Origin: Saprospiraceae bacterium
Lineage (GTDB): Bacteria; Bacteroidota; Bacteroidia; Chitinophagales; Saprospiraceae
NCBI GenBank assembly: GCA_046329385.1
Contig: JAXLUT010000007.1
Span: 20,640-84,639, forward strand
Reading direction: 5' to 3'
DNA: 64,000 nucleotides
The position numbers and the translations under genes are program-made. Shown here in pieces: positions 9,151 through 19,374 of this stretch. The stretch's first letter is position 1. Every line of letters starts with the position of its first letter. The notes beneath the pieces are model-generated. The model was not told the origin of the DNA. It saw only the letters and a list, made by a program, of their open reading frames with translations, and searched no databases.

Positions 9151-10767
9151 TTAATTTTTAATTCTTTGTGTAACGGTTACAAAGTAACGATGCCAAGCTT
9201 TAGTTGGTTCAAATGTGCCTTCATAACTGCACATCAATGTCGTTTTTTTCAATACATTGATGGTGAAGTTGATGCCAGCTATTTTCTGTTTTAAAGCTGA
9301 TTCACTATTGAAGAAGTTATAGTTAATTTGTCGATAATTGATTTCGGTGCTCAATTTGCCCTTAAAAAATGAATCGTTGATTCTCCCACCTATAATATTT
9401 CCCGTAAAAGTATATGACTCCAACTGGTTGTAATTCAATGACAAATTGGTTGATTTCCTTGCTATGCTCGAAATACTTAAATTGACTATATGGTTTTTTG
9501 TTGGTTTTGGTATGCTGCCTTGGTATCGGTAGAACGATGATACATTTATATTGATCCGCCTGAATGGGCTATAATTGGCCTGTAATCTGAAACCTTGTCT
9601 TGTTTCTTGGGCCAATAATTGCTCGATAAATGTTTGGTAAGATTCGTAATAAATAATATTGCGCCTATTATCATAAGAGCCAGATACTGAGAGATTGCGC
9701 CTTAGTCTATATCTGAGCGATGCATAGACGCTTGTCAATCTTGGCTTATTGTCTGTTTCGCCATTTACTTTTTTGAAGAGATCAAACTCAGTAGAAAAGA
9801 AAATATTTAGATTTTTTACTATTGAATTATTATGCTGAAAATACAGAAACCGTCTATCTGTTTTGAAGTCATTTTGCTGCTCAACGATTGCCAAAGATGT
9901 TTGAGCTAATCCTTTGGTTGTTTTATCAGATCTTACCAAATACAATCCTACTTGAGGTAGCCCTGCATTGAATGTGAAATTGGTAAAATCTGGCCTTGTT
10001 CCTAAAATGCCACCAATGGTATATTTACCAATAATGTACTCACCTTGTAGTCCATCTATGGCGCCAATATTAGCAATGTTTTGGTTCATACGTCTTCCTA
10101 ATGAAATATTGAGTCTGTCAGATGGCGAATATGTCATAGCCAACGATAGCACCTTAAAATCATTATAGAAATTGTAATTCGTCTGATCAATACCATACCG
10201 GCGGCGATAGGTCAAATAAGTTTGAATTGAAAATGCTGATTCGTTGATGTTTTGTACATTTAGACTCACAGCAGCCCTAATTCTTTGAAAATTGTTTTGC
10301 TGGTCAGGATTGATACTGGCATTGGTTGATAAAGTGAGTCTTCCAGTTGTGATAGACTTTCTGGATTTTGTTATTGGGATGGAATCTTTGCCGAGGGTAT
10401 CCAATGTCACATTTGTTTTAATTTCTTCGATGGGAAGGGAGATAACTGGCTCCAGAGTCTTTAGAACTTTTTTTGTTACAATTTTTTTAACAGCTTGCCC
10501 AAGATTGATCGTAGTACTTGAGATATTTTGTGTCACACATGAAGTAGTGGATTTCTGTATGACTACCAATGCAGGTACCCAGTTGCTTTGTTCCAAGATA
10601 AGTAAGGTGTCGGTGACATAAATATCACTTGTATTTTCAAATCTGACATAGACATTGGTGCTACTTTTAAAGCTTACATTGCCAAGTATTTCACCTCGTT
10701 CTTGACCAAACAAAAAGCTCGGTGTCAAAATAAAAATTGCCCAAAATATCCTTAATAAATAATTCAT
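9151..10767 (-). CDS. predicted outer-membrane beta-barrel protein (candidate porin partner of the cytochromes)
   Basis: Signal peptide. Long run of alternating-polarity strands rich in Y/R/N/S after a ~110-aa N-terminal domain. 3-nt gap to the cytochrome gene. Confidence 0.6.
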   Translation of the reverse strand: MNYLLRIFWAIFILTPSFLFGQERGEILGNVSFKSSTNVYVRFENTSDIYVTDTLLILEQSNWVPALVVIQKSTTSCVTQNISSTTINLGQAVKKIVTKKVLKTLEPVISLPIEEIKTNVTLDTLGKDSIPITKSRKSITTGRLTLSTNASINPDQQNNFQRIRAAVSLNVQNINESAFSIQTYLTYRRRYGIDQTNYNFYNDFKVLSLAMTYSPSDRLNISLGRRMNQNIANIGAIDGLQGEYIIGKYTIGGILGTRPDFTNFTFNAGLPQVGLYLVRSDKTTKGLAQTSLAIVEQQNDFKTDRRFLYFQHNNSIVKNLNIFFSTEFDLFKKVNGETDNKPRLTSVYASLRYRLRRNLSVSGSYDNRRNIIYYESYQTFIEQLLAQETRQGFRLQANYSPFRRININVSSFYRYQGSIPKPTKNHIVNLSISSIARKSTNLSLNYNQLESYTFTGNIIGGRINDSFFKGKLSTEINYRQINYNFFNSESALKQKIAGINFTINVLKKTTLMCSYEGTFEPTKAWHRYFVTVTQRIKN

Positions 10768-10770
10768 AAA

Positions 10771-13700
10771 TCAATCTTCACCATCTGGATGACAAGCATA
10801 ACAAGCATTGCTATTGTATTGATATCCACCTACACCGTCATGTTTGTCAGCCATGTCAGCAGGATCGTCATGTTCGTGGCAATTTATACAACTAAATAGA
10901 TTGTAATTGCTTGCATTGAAGTGGCAGTCAGCACAAGTATTCCATTCTCCTTGGTGTTTTCCACTATATATTGGGAAATACATGCCATCATGGTTAAAAG
11001 TAGCTGGATTCCAAGCATTTTGAGAGTGACAAGAAGCACAGTCTGTCGGGAATTGTGCAGCTGTATGGTTGGGATTGGTAGTACCATTATAATCGCTTTG
11101 GTGACAACCTACACAAGTATTTGGAGTATTATTGTAATTGCCATTGTGACAAGTCACACATTCTAATGATGTATGGGCACCAACTATTGGATATATACTA
11201 TTGTGGTCTGGGAACAAAGCAGGACTCCATCCAGGTGCTGTAGTATGACAACTCACACAATCGGTAGATATACCTAGTGTGCTGTGATTTGGATTGGTTG
11301 CTCCGTTATAATCTGGTGTATGACAGCCAGCACAAGTGTTGGGTGTATTGGTATAATTGCCCATGTGACATTGGTTACAATCTGCTGCAATGCTACTATG
11401 CGCACCAGTTAATTGATAAAAATTGTTATGATTGAATGACGATGGTGTCCAACTGTTCTGACTATGACAACTTTCGCAATTGGTAGGGAATTGGTTGCTA
11501 CTGTGATTTGGATTAGTAGAGCTATTATAGTCACTCGTATGACATCCGAAGCAAGTGTTTGGAGTATTGTTGTAGTCTCCATTGTGACAAACTACACAAT
11601 TATTGGCAACACTGATATGCGCACCAGCTATCACATAAAAATCATTATGGTTTGGCATCGTAGCTGGTTGCCATCCAGGAGCAGTAGTATGGCAGCTCAT
11701 ACAGTCTGTGGATAGTCCTAAGGCTCCGTGATTCGGATTTTGGGCATTATTGTAGTGCGTCTGATGACAAGAAACACAAGTGGTAGATGTATTGGTATAG
11801 TTGCCGTTGATGTGGCAAAGTGTACAATTATTGGCTATTGCTTGATGTCCACCTGTCAATGGCCAAATAGTATTATGATCAAATGAAGATGGTGTCCAAG
11901 CGTCTTGACTATGACATGTAGTGCAGTTGGTTGGGAATTGATTGACCTCATGGTCTGGGTCATTGGTTGCGTTAAAATCTGATTGATGACAACCAATACA
12001 TGTATTTGGAGTCGTTGAGTAATTGCCATTAATGTGACATTCTGTACAGTTATTGGCGATAGCGGCATGAGCTCCAACCAAAGGATAAACAGTACTGTGG
12101 TCAAATGTTGATGGCGTCCAAGCATCTTGACTATGGCATGTAGCGCATTGATTAGGAAACTGTTGAGTAGTATGATTAGGATTGGTAGTGGCATTGTAGT
12201 CAGACTGGTGGCATCCTACACAAGTGTTGGGCGTATTGTTATAATCACCATTGTGACAAGCTGCACAATCACCAGCTATAGCAATATGTGCGCCGGCAAT
12301 GACATAAAAATCATTGTGATTGGCCATCGTGGCAGGAGACCAACCTGGATTGGTGGTGTGACAAGTGGCACAAGCTGTACTCAGCCCCAAAGTAGTGTGA
12401 TTAGGGTTGATACTTTGATTGTAATCTGTCTGGTGGCAACTGACACATTCTGATGAGGTATTATTGTAATTTCCATTATGACAAACCACACAATTGGTGG
12501 ATATAGCAGAGTGCGCGCCTGTCAAAGGCCAAAAAATACTATGATCAAAATTAGCTGGTGTCCAAGTGTTTTGATTATGGCACGTGGTACAATCAGTAGG
12601 AAACATACCTGCTTCGTGATCTGGATTGGATGTATTATTGAAATCCGATTGATGACAACCGACACATGTGTTTGGAGTATTGGTATAGTTGCATTATGAC
12701 AAGCTGCGCAATCTCCTGCTATGGCAGTGTGTGCGCCAGCTATGACATAGTAATCATTGTGATTGGGCATCATGGCTGGTGCCCATCCAGGTGTGGTAGT
12801 GTGGCATTGTACACAATTATTGGATATACCCAAGGCTATGTGATTTGGATTGACAGCTTGATTGAAGTCAACAGTATGACAATCTACACAGTTAGTAGAT
12901 GTGCCTTGATAACCATTGGCATGACATGATGTACAATCTGCACTGGTGTGTGCGCCCGTCAATGGGAAATTGGTGGTATTGTGATCAAAGATAAAATCTG
13001 CATCGCCTGTAGGATGACATGCCAAACAAGCAGGGCTATTGTAAACATAGCCGCCTACACCGTTATGTTCATTGTCAGTTTGTGGATTGGTATGACAAGT
13101 GATACAAGTAAATTGGCTGTAGTCGGCTGGATTGTTATGGCAATCTTGACATTGTGTCCATTCTCCTTGGTGCTCGCCAGAGTATATAGGGAAATATTGA
13201 TTATCATGGTTGAAAGTGGACGGTTGCCATGCATTTTCGCTATGACAAGAAGCACAGTCGGTTGGAAATTGTAAGGCTATGTGATTCGGGTCAGTGGTGG
13301 CAGTATAATCGCTATTGTGGCAACCTACGCATGTATTTGGCGTATTGTTGTAGTTACCATTATGACAGGCGGCACAATCATTTGCTATGGATGCGTGTGC
13401 GCCATTTAAGGTATAAAATTGATTGTGAATGGTGAATGAAGCTGGTGCCCAACCTGGATTGGTAGTGTGACAAGATGCACAATCCGTAGTCAAATTTAGT
13501 CCAACGTGATTGGGATTGCTTGCTTGATTAAAATCAGTGGTATGGCAACTTACGCAAGCTGAATTGGTATTGGCAAATCCATTGGAATGGCACTGCATAC
13601 AATCTACACCTTGGTGTGCTCCAGTCAATGCAAATCCTGTGGTATTATGGTCGAACACTAAATCGGCATCTCCTGTAGGATGGCAAGCCAAACATGCAGG

Positions 13701-16007
13701 GCTGAAATATGAATAACCACCTACACCATTATGTTGATCATTAGTTTCTGGGTTTTGATGACAAGTAATGCATGTAAACGCGGCCCAATTGCCTGGCGTA
13801 GAGTGGCATTCATTACAATCATTCCAAGTACCTTGATGCTTTCCGCTATATATTGGGAAATATTGCCCATCATGGTTGAATGTGGATGGCGTCCAAGCAT
13901 TTTCAGAGTGACATTGTGCACATTCTTGAGGGAATAGTAATTGTGCATGGTTAGGATTGGTAGTGGCATTATAATCATCGTTGTGGCAACCATTACAAGT
14001 ATTAGGCGTGACATTGTAATTGCCATTATGACAACTGGCACAATCATTGGCAATACTGGCGTGTGCACCATTTAGCGCATAATATGTATTATGATCCGCA
14101 AAGGTGGCAGGACTCCAGCCTGGATCAGTAGTATGACATGATTTACAATCGGTATTGATACCTAATGAAATGTGATTTGGATTGGCTGCACCATTAAATT
14201 CAGTCAAATGACAGCTGGCACAATTGGTAGAAGTACCAGCAAATCCTGTAGCATGGCAACTAATACAATCTGTAGCATTGTGGGCACCAGTCAGTGGAAA
14301 AGCAGTAGTGTTGTGATCAAAAACCACTAATGCATCACCAGTAGGATGGCAAGCCAAGCACGCATTATCTTGATAAATATAGCCGTTTACATCATCGTGT
14401 TCTTCAGAAGTCTCTGGGTCTTTGTGACACGATACACATGTAAACTTAGTAAAATCACCCGCAACTTTGTGACAATCTATACACTGGTCCCATTCGCCTC
14501 TGTGTTTACCGCTATATATTGGGAAATATTGCCCATCGTGGTTAAATGTTGATGGTTGCCAAGCATTTTCGGTATGGCAAGTGGTACAATCATGCGAAAA
14601 CTGATTTTGGACGTGATTTGGGTCATTCGCTGCATTGTAGTCGCTATTATGACATCCAATACAAGTATTGGGTGTATTGTTGTAGTCACCGTTATGACAA
14701 GCTACACAGTTATTGGCAATACTCGCATGAGCGCCATTGAGCATATAATAATCGTTGTGAACAGCAAAAGTTGCAGGACTCCAACCTGGAGCTGTAGTAT
14801 GACAAGATTTGCAATCGTTTGACAGATTAAGTTTTGTATGATTTGGATTTTGTGATCCAGCAAAATCTGATTGATGACAATCCACACAAGCTGTCGATGT
14901 ACCTTGAAAACCATTGGCATGACAAGATACACACTCTACTGTGGTGTGTGCCCCTGTCAATGGAAATTGTGTAGTATTATGGTCAAATGCCATATCTCCA
15001 TCACCTGAAGGGTGGCAAGCCAAACAAGCATTGTCATCATAATGGTAGCCGCTGACGCCATTATGTTCGTCATCTGTTTCCATTTTTTTATGACAAGCTA
15101 TACATGAAAATGTTTTGAAATCTCCTGGATTGGTATGGCATTCCACACAATCTGACCATACACCTTTGTGTTTGCCGCTGTATATTGGGAAATGTTTTGC
15201 ATCATGTTCTTGAAAAGTCACTGGTCTCCATCCTGGAGCCAAAGTATGGCATTGGGCACATTCTGTTGTAAATCCAGCAGCAGCGTGATTTGGTGAGGAT
15301 GTATTGTTGAAATGTGTTTGATGACAACTGATACATTCAGCAGAGATGATAGAAAAATCATCTGATAAATGACAAGCCTTACAATCATCTATCTTATGGC
15401 CTTGCTCCAAAGGGAAGAAGCTATGGTCGATGATTTCAGTATTCCATCCGGACCCATTCAATCCATGGCAAGCAGAACAGTCATTGCTAAAGTTGTTTTT
15501 GACGTGATCTGGTTTTTTGGTGCTGATATAGTCATTTCTATGGCAATCAATACAGTTGACGCCTGTAGGAGAAAATCTTACATTGCTTTCGCTTATATGG
15601 CAATCATTGCAATTGATATTGGCATGTACACCCATCAATGGGAATGAAACCTGCTCATGCAATAGGGTGATATTCTCAACTATCCATGATTGTGGTGTAT
15701 GACACCTTGCGCAGTCTTGCCCTACTGTGAGCTGGTGTACATCTTGATGGCAACCGACGCAAGTAGTGGAGACTTGTTTAAACTCCAATGTCTGATGACA
15801 TGATCTACAATCTAGATCTTTGTGCAGACCAACCAATGGAAAAGATGTACTGTCGTGACTGAAGTTAGATTTTTTTTGTTGGTAAGTCCAATTTTCGGGA
15901 TGATGACATTGTGCACAGTCTATGGCAAAGGATGCTCCATGGGGAGACTGAGACAAAACCCTTCCCCAAAGACATACAAAGAACATCAAACCAATATATT
16001 TGAGCAT
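10771..16007 (-). CDS. giant multiheme c-type cytochrome-like protein, ~1745 aa, ~70 CxxCH motifs, interrupted by a 1-nt frameshift near 12692
   Basis: Track ORFs 12522..16007 (44 CxxCH before the frame is lost) and 10771..12606. Adding one G at 12691/12692 restores ...CAACHNGNYTNTPNTCVGCHQSDFNNTSNPDHEAGMFPTDCTTCHNQN..., giving 26 CxxCH downstream of the break. Sec signal MLKYIGLMFFVCLWGRVLSQ. Confidence 0.8.
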
Positions 16008-16195
16008 ATTTTACAAAAATATGACGCAAGTTATAATAAAAAATTTAAATAGCGTAATTTAATGCTAATTTTTTTAACTTATAATTTAATTTTGAATTAT
16101 GGCGTATTGATGAAATTATATTTTGTAAAATTTGGAATTATTTGTTTTGATTTTCATGGTTTTCCATGAGTATAAGAAGAAAAATATCGATTTGC

Positions 16196-18040
16196 TCACT
16201 GATGACAATCTTTGCAGTCCAATTTTTCATTTCTATATAGGATGGTAGATTTGCCATCTTTGACCTCAGATTGGTGGCACTGGTTGCAGTTGACTTTTTG
16301 GTGCGCTCCTTCGAGTTTGAAGCGCGTGTTGTCATGATTAAAATTGCTCCGATCCCACTTTTCAAAACCGTGACATCTAGCACAATCGGTCTGGCCATCT
16401 TGTTCAAATTGATTGCCATGTATGTTGTCGTGGCAGCTTTGACATTTTTGGTCCAATTGGATAAATTTTTGTGTTTTTGGCGTTGTGGTTTCGTCAAAAT
16501 GGCATGACCTGCAAGATATTGTCTCGTGTTTTCCCTTGAGTGAAAATGCGGTTTGGTTATGGTCAAAAGCTACATGAGTCCATGCATCATTGTTGTGACA
16601 AGCAGCGCAATCTTGGTTAGGTATAAATTTGGTTGAAATAAAACCATCATGTATATTATCATGACAATCAATACATAAAGATCCAATATTTCTAAAATTC
16701 CATTTATTATTATCAGGTTTATGGCAAGCAAAACAAGGTGTAGCAATATGAGCACCTTTGAGCGGAAAATTGGATTTTTCGTGTCGGTTGAAATCAAAAC
16801 TACTTTCCAAAAAACTAGTTTCGTCATGACAAGATTTACAATCATTTTCTACCAATTTTTCAAATTGCCCATCATGATAATCTTTATGGCATGATTTACA
16901 TTGGTCATGAGCCAAAGGAGCCGTCATATAGGTCGAAGTATGGCATTTGCGGCAATCGACTGATTGGTGCTTACCATACAATGTATAACCCGTCAAAGTA
17001 TGATCAAAATCTGATTTGATATTTTTAATGCCAAATGATTGCTGGTTATGACAAGATTTACAATCTTGGCCTAATTTTTTTTCATGGGCATCCTCATGAC
17101 AAGTAAGACAAGTTACATTTTGGGTGTTTTCAAATTCCTTGTATGTATCTTTTGTCCCAGATCTATTATCATGACATTTTTTACAATCAATAGTTTTGTG
17201 TTTGCCTTCCAACTCAAAACCTGTCAAACTATGGTTGAAGGCAGATGTGGACTTCATTTTTGAAAATGACTCGGTACTATGACAAGATTTGCAATCTGTA
17301 CCGAACTCACCATGATGAGGATCTTTGTGGCAAGAGCTGCAATTTTTATGAGGCACATTCGCAAAGTTTTGAAATTCTTTTCCATTTTTAATCTCTGTTT
17401 TATGGCATTGGATACACTGCACATTGGCGTGTGCCCCTGTCAATGGAAATTGGGTTTGGCTATGCTGAAATCCTGTAGCTGGTTTGAACTTGTCAAAATT
17501 ATGACACTTTGCACAATCATTGTCCAAGGTTTTTTGGTGATAGTCATCATGGCATGTGATACAAGTAGGAGATAAGCCAAGATAAGTACCTTTATTTTGT
17601 CTTATTTTTGGATCTGTAATATTATCGGCTGTATGGCACTTAGTACAATCATTGATCTTGTGGCTGCCTTTCAGATCATAACCTGTCAATGAGTGGTTGA
17701 AAGTCTTCTTGTCAAAGCGGATCATTTCAAAATTGACGCCATGGTGCTCGCTATGGCAAGTAATGCAGGCCTTGCCTTTGATCTCTCTGGATGAATGGTA
17801 ACCTTTGTTTTGACTTATTTTTTGTTTGAGTGGCTTGTGGCAATCCAAGCATTTTTGCTCTGATATCTTAGAGCCTAGATCATGACATGCCGTACAATTG
17901 CTGATACCTTCGAGTTGGGTATGCGCCTTGGTCAATTTGCCCGGTGACAATTGACTGAAGCCAACACAAATACATAGCGACCAGCATGTAATGATGGAGA
18001 CCAATTGCTTAATGGATAAACTATGTATAAATGATGCCAA
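16196..18040 (-). CDS. multiheme c-type cytochrome-like protein, 23 CxxCH motifs
   Basis: 614 aa with an N-terminal hydrophobic signal. 23 CxxCH by manual count, about one per 27 aa. Confidence 0.85.
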   Translation of the reverse strand: MASFIHSLSIKQLVSIITCWSLCICVGFSQLSPGKLTKAHTQLEGISNCTACHDLGSKISEQKCLDCHKPLKQKISQNKGYHSSREIKGKACITCHSEHHGVNFEMIRFDKKTFNHSLTGYDLKGSHKINDCTKCHTADNITDPKIRQNKGTYLGLSPTCITCHDDYHQKTLDNDCAKCHNFDKFKPATGFQHSQTQFPLTGAHANVQCIQCHKTEIKNGKEFQNFANVPHKNCSSCHKDPHHGEFGTDCKSCHSTESFSKMKSTSAFNHSLTGFELEGKHKTIDCKKCHDNRSGTKDTYKEFENTQNVTCLTCHEDAHEKKLGQDCKSCHNQQSFGIKNIKSDFDHTLTGYTLYGKHQSVDCRKCHTSTYMTAPLAHDQCKSCHKDYHDGQFEKLVENDCKSCHDETSFLESSFDFNRHEKSNFPLKGAHIATPCFACHKPDNNKWNFRNIGSLCIDCHDNIHDGFISTKFIPNQDCAACHNNDAWTHVAFDHNQTAFSLKGKHETISCRSCHFDETTTPKTQKFIQLDQKCQSCHDNIHGNQFEQDGQTDCARCHGFEKWDRSNFNHDNTRFKLEGAHQKVNCNQCHQSEVKDGKSTILYRNEKLDCKDCHQ

Positions 18041-18045
18041 ATTTC

Positions 18046-19368
18046 TTACTTTTTATGAGATAACATGGTGTAATTGAATCGTTTAGATATTTCAATGCCA
18101 GCTTTTTGTAGAAATTGTGTTGGTAACTCTCCACCAGCAAAAATAAAGACCAAATCATTTTTAAGATGCATCTCAGTGCCATCTTTCAATGCAATAGTGA
18201 CATCATCTTGATTGATCTCTTTGACATTGGATTCAAAAAGCATATTAATTTTATTTTCATTAATGGCTTTTTCTATATTTTGAGCATTAAGCGGTTTTAA
18301 CCTATTGAATGCTTCGCTGCGATATGATAGTGCTACTTTGTTGTCTTTGGCCAATAGCAATGCACTTTCGATGGCTGAATCTCCGCCACCTACCACAAGG
18401 ACATTTTGACCAATAATATGTTCTGGCTCCATGAGTTTGTAAGCTACTTTTTCCAAATGCTCGCCTTTTACATCCAGTTTTCTTGGTGTGCCTCTGCGAC
18501 CTATTGCCAAAAGTACTTTTTCGCCTTGGTAGCTTTCACCTTTTTGTGTAGTCACCACGAATTGACCATCTTGCTTGCTGATAAGTTCTACTTTTGAGTT
18601 TTCGACAATATTGATTTTATTCTTATCTAATACTTCGTGCCAAAGGTCGAGCAATTCGGTTTTACTGGTTTGATATAGCTTCACTTTGCCATGTCCAGGC
18701 AGGTCCATAGGCGATGTCATGACGATCTTGGCTCTAGGAAAATTATATACAGTACCTCCAAGAGTATCTTGCTCCAATGTCAATGTTTTGATGCCCATGT
18801 TTTTGGCTTGGAGAGATGCTGCAATACCAGCAGGACCAGCACCGATGATGATGAGATCATAAGTGGCTTTATGATTTTTGTCCAAAGACTGTGAGATATA
18901 TTGGACTGCTTGTTTGCCTTGTTCTACACTATTTTTAATGAGGCCCATTCCACCCAATTCGCCAGCTATAAAAATGCCTTTGACATTGGTCTCAAAATTT
19001 TGGTTGACATGAGGCAGATCGACGCCACGTTTTTCAGTACCAATCTTTAGAGAAATTGCTTCTACTGGGCAAGCGTGAAAACAAGCACCATGACCTACAC
19101 ATCGGGATGCATTGATGAGCGTGGCTCTTCCATTTCTGATACCTATGATTTCTTTTTCTGGACAAGCTATGACGCATGCTCCACTTTTGATGCAATTATC
19201 TTCGTCAATGTATGGATACAAAGATACGGGTTCGAAGGCTCCAACTTCTTTGGCTACTTGGATTTTTTCGTCCACATCTTTGGATTCTTTTTTGAGTTTA
19301 CGCACATAGATCCACACGATAATGAGACAAATCAAGCTGACAACGCTATATATAATGAGCTCTTCCAT
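18046..19368 (-). CDS. membrane-anchored FeS (2 ferredoxin-like motifs) + FAD/NAD(P)-binding oxidoreductase (thioredoxin-reductase-like fold)
   Basis: N-terminal TM helix followed by RKLKKESK. Motifs CIKSGACVIACP and CVGHGACFHACP. Dinucleotide motifs IIGAGPAG and VVGGGDSA. Confidence 0.85.
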   Translation of the reverse strand: MEELIIYSVVSLICLIIVWIYVRKLKKESKDVDEKIQVAKEVGAFEPVSLYPYIDEDNCIKSGACVIACPEKEIIGIRNGRATLINASRCVGHGACFHACPVEAISLKIGTEKRGVDLPHVNQNFETNVKGIFIAGELGGMGLIKNSVEQGKQAVQYISQSLDKNHKATYDLIIIGAGPAGIAASLQAKNMGIKTLTLEQDTLGGTVYNFPRAKIVMTSPMDLPGHGKVKLYQTSKTELLDLWHEVLDKNKINIVENSKVELISKQDGQFVVTTQKGESYQGEKVLLAIGRRGTPRKLDVKGEHLEKVAYKLMEPEHIIGQNVLVVGGGDSAIESALLLAKDNKVALSYRSEAFNRLKPLNAQNIEKAINENKINMLFESNVKEINQDDVTIALKDGTEMHLKNDLVFIFAGGELPTQFLQKAGIEISKRFNYTMLSHKK

Positions 19369-19374
19369 CAGTGC

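Noticed and set aside
10884-15647. Numerous 60-116-aa ORFs on both strands inside the cytochrome genes (e.g. 11856..12194, 13721..14071, 12127..12453)
   Set aside because: They overlap the long CxxCH-coding frame, have repeat-driven low-complexity translations (runs of I/V/T/M), and recur with the 665-bp periodicity. They are by-products of the repetitive coding sequence.
16008-16195. Internal promoter (TATTTTTG box at 16014-16021, minus strand) for the giant cytochrome gene
   Set aside because: The box ends only 6 nt from the ATG at 16007, leaving essentially no leader. It cannot be distinguished from chance in this AT-rich spacer without transcript data.
16138-16566. 142-aa ORF overlapping the 3' end of the 23-heme cytochrome gene
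   Set aside because: It is on the same strand as the 614-aa cytochrome ORF, in an alternative frame. Its composition shows no motif, and it extends into the AT-rich intergenic spacer.
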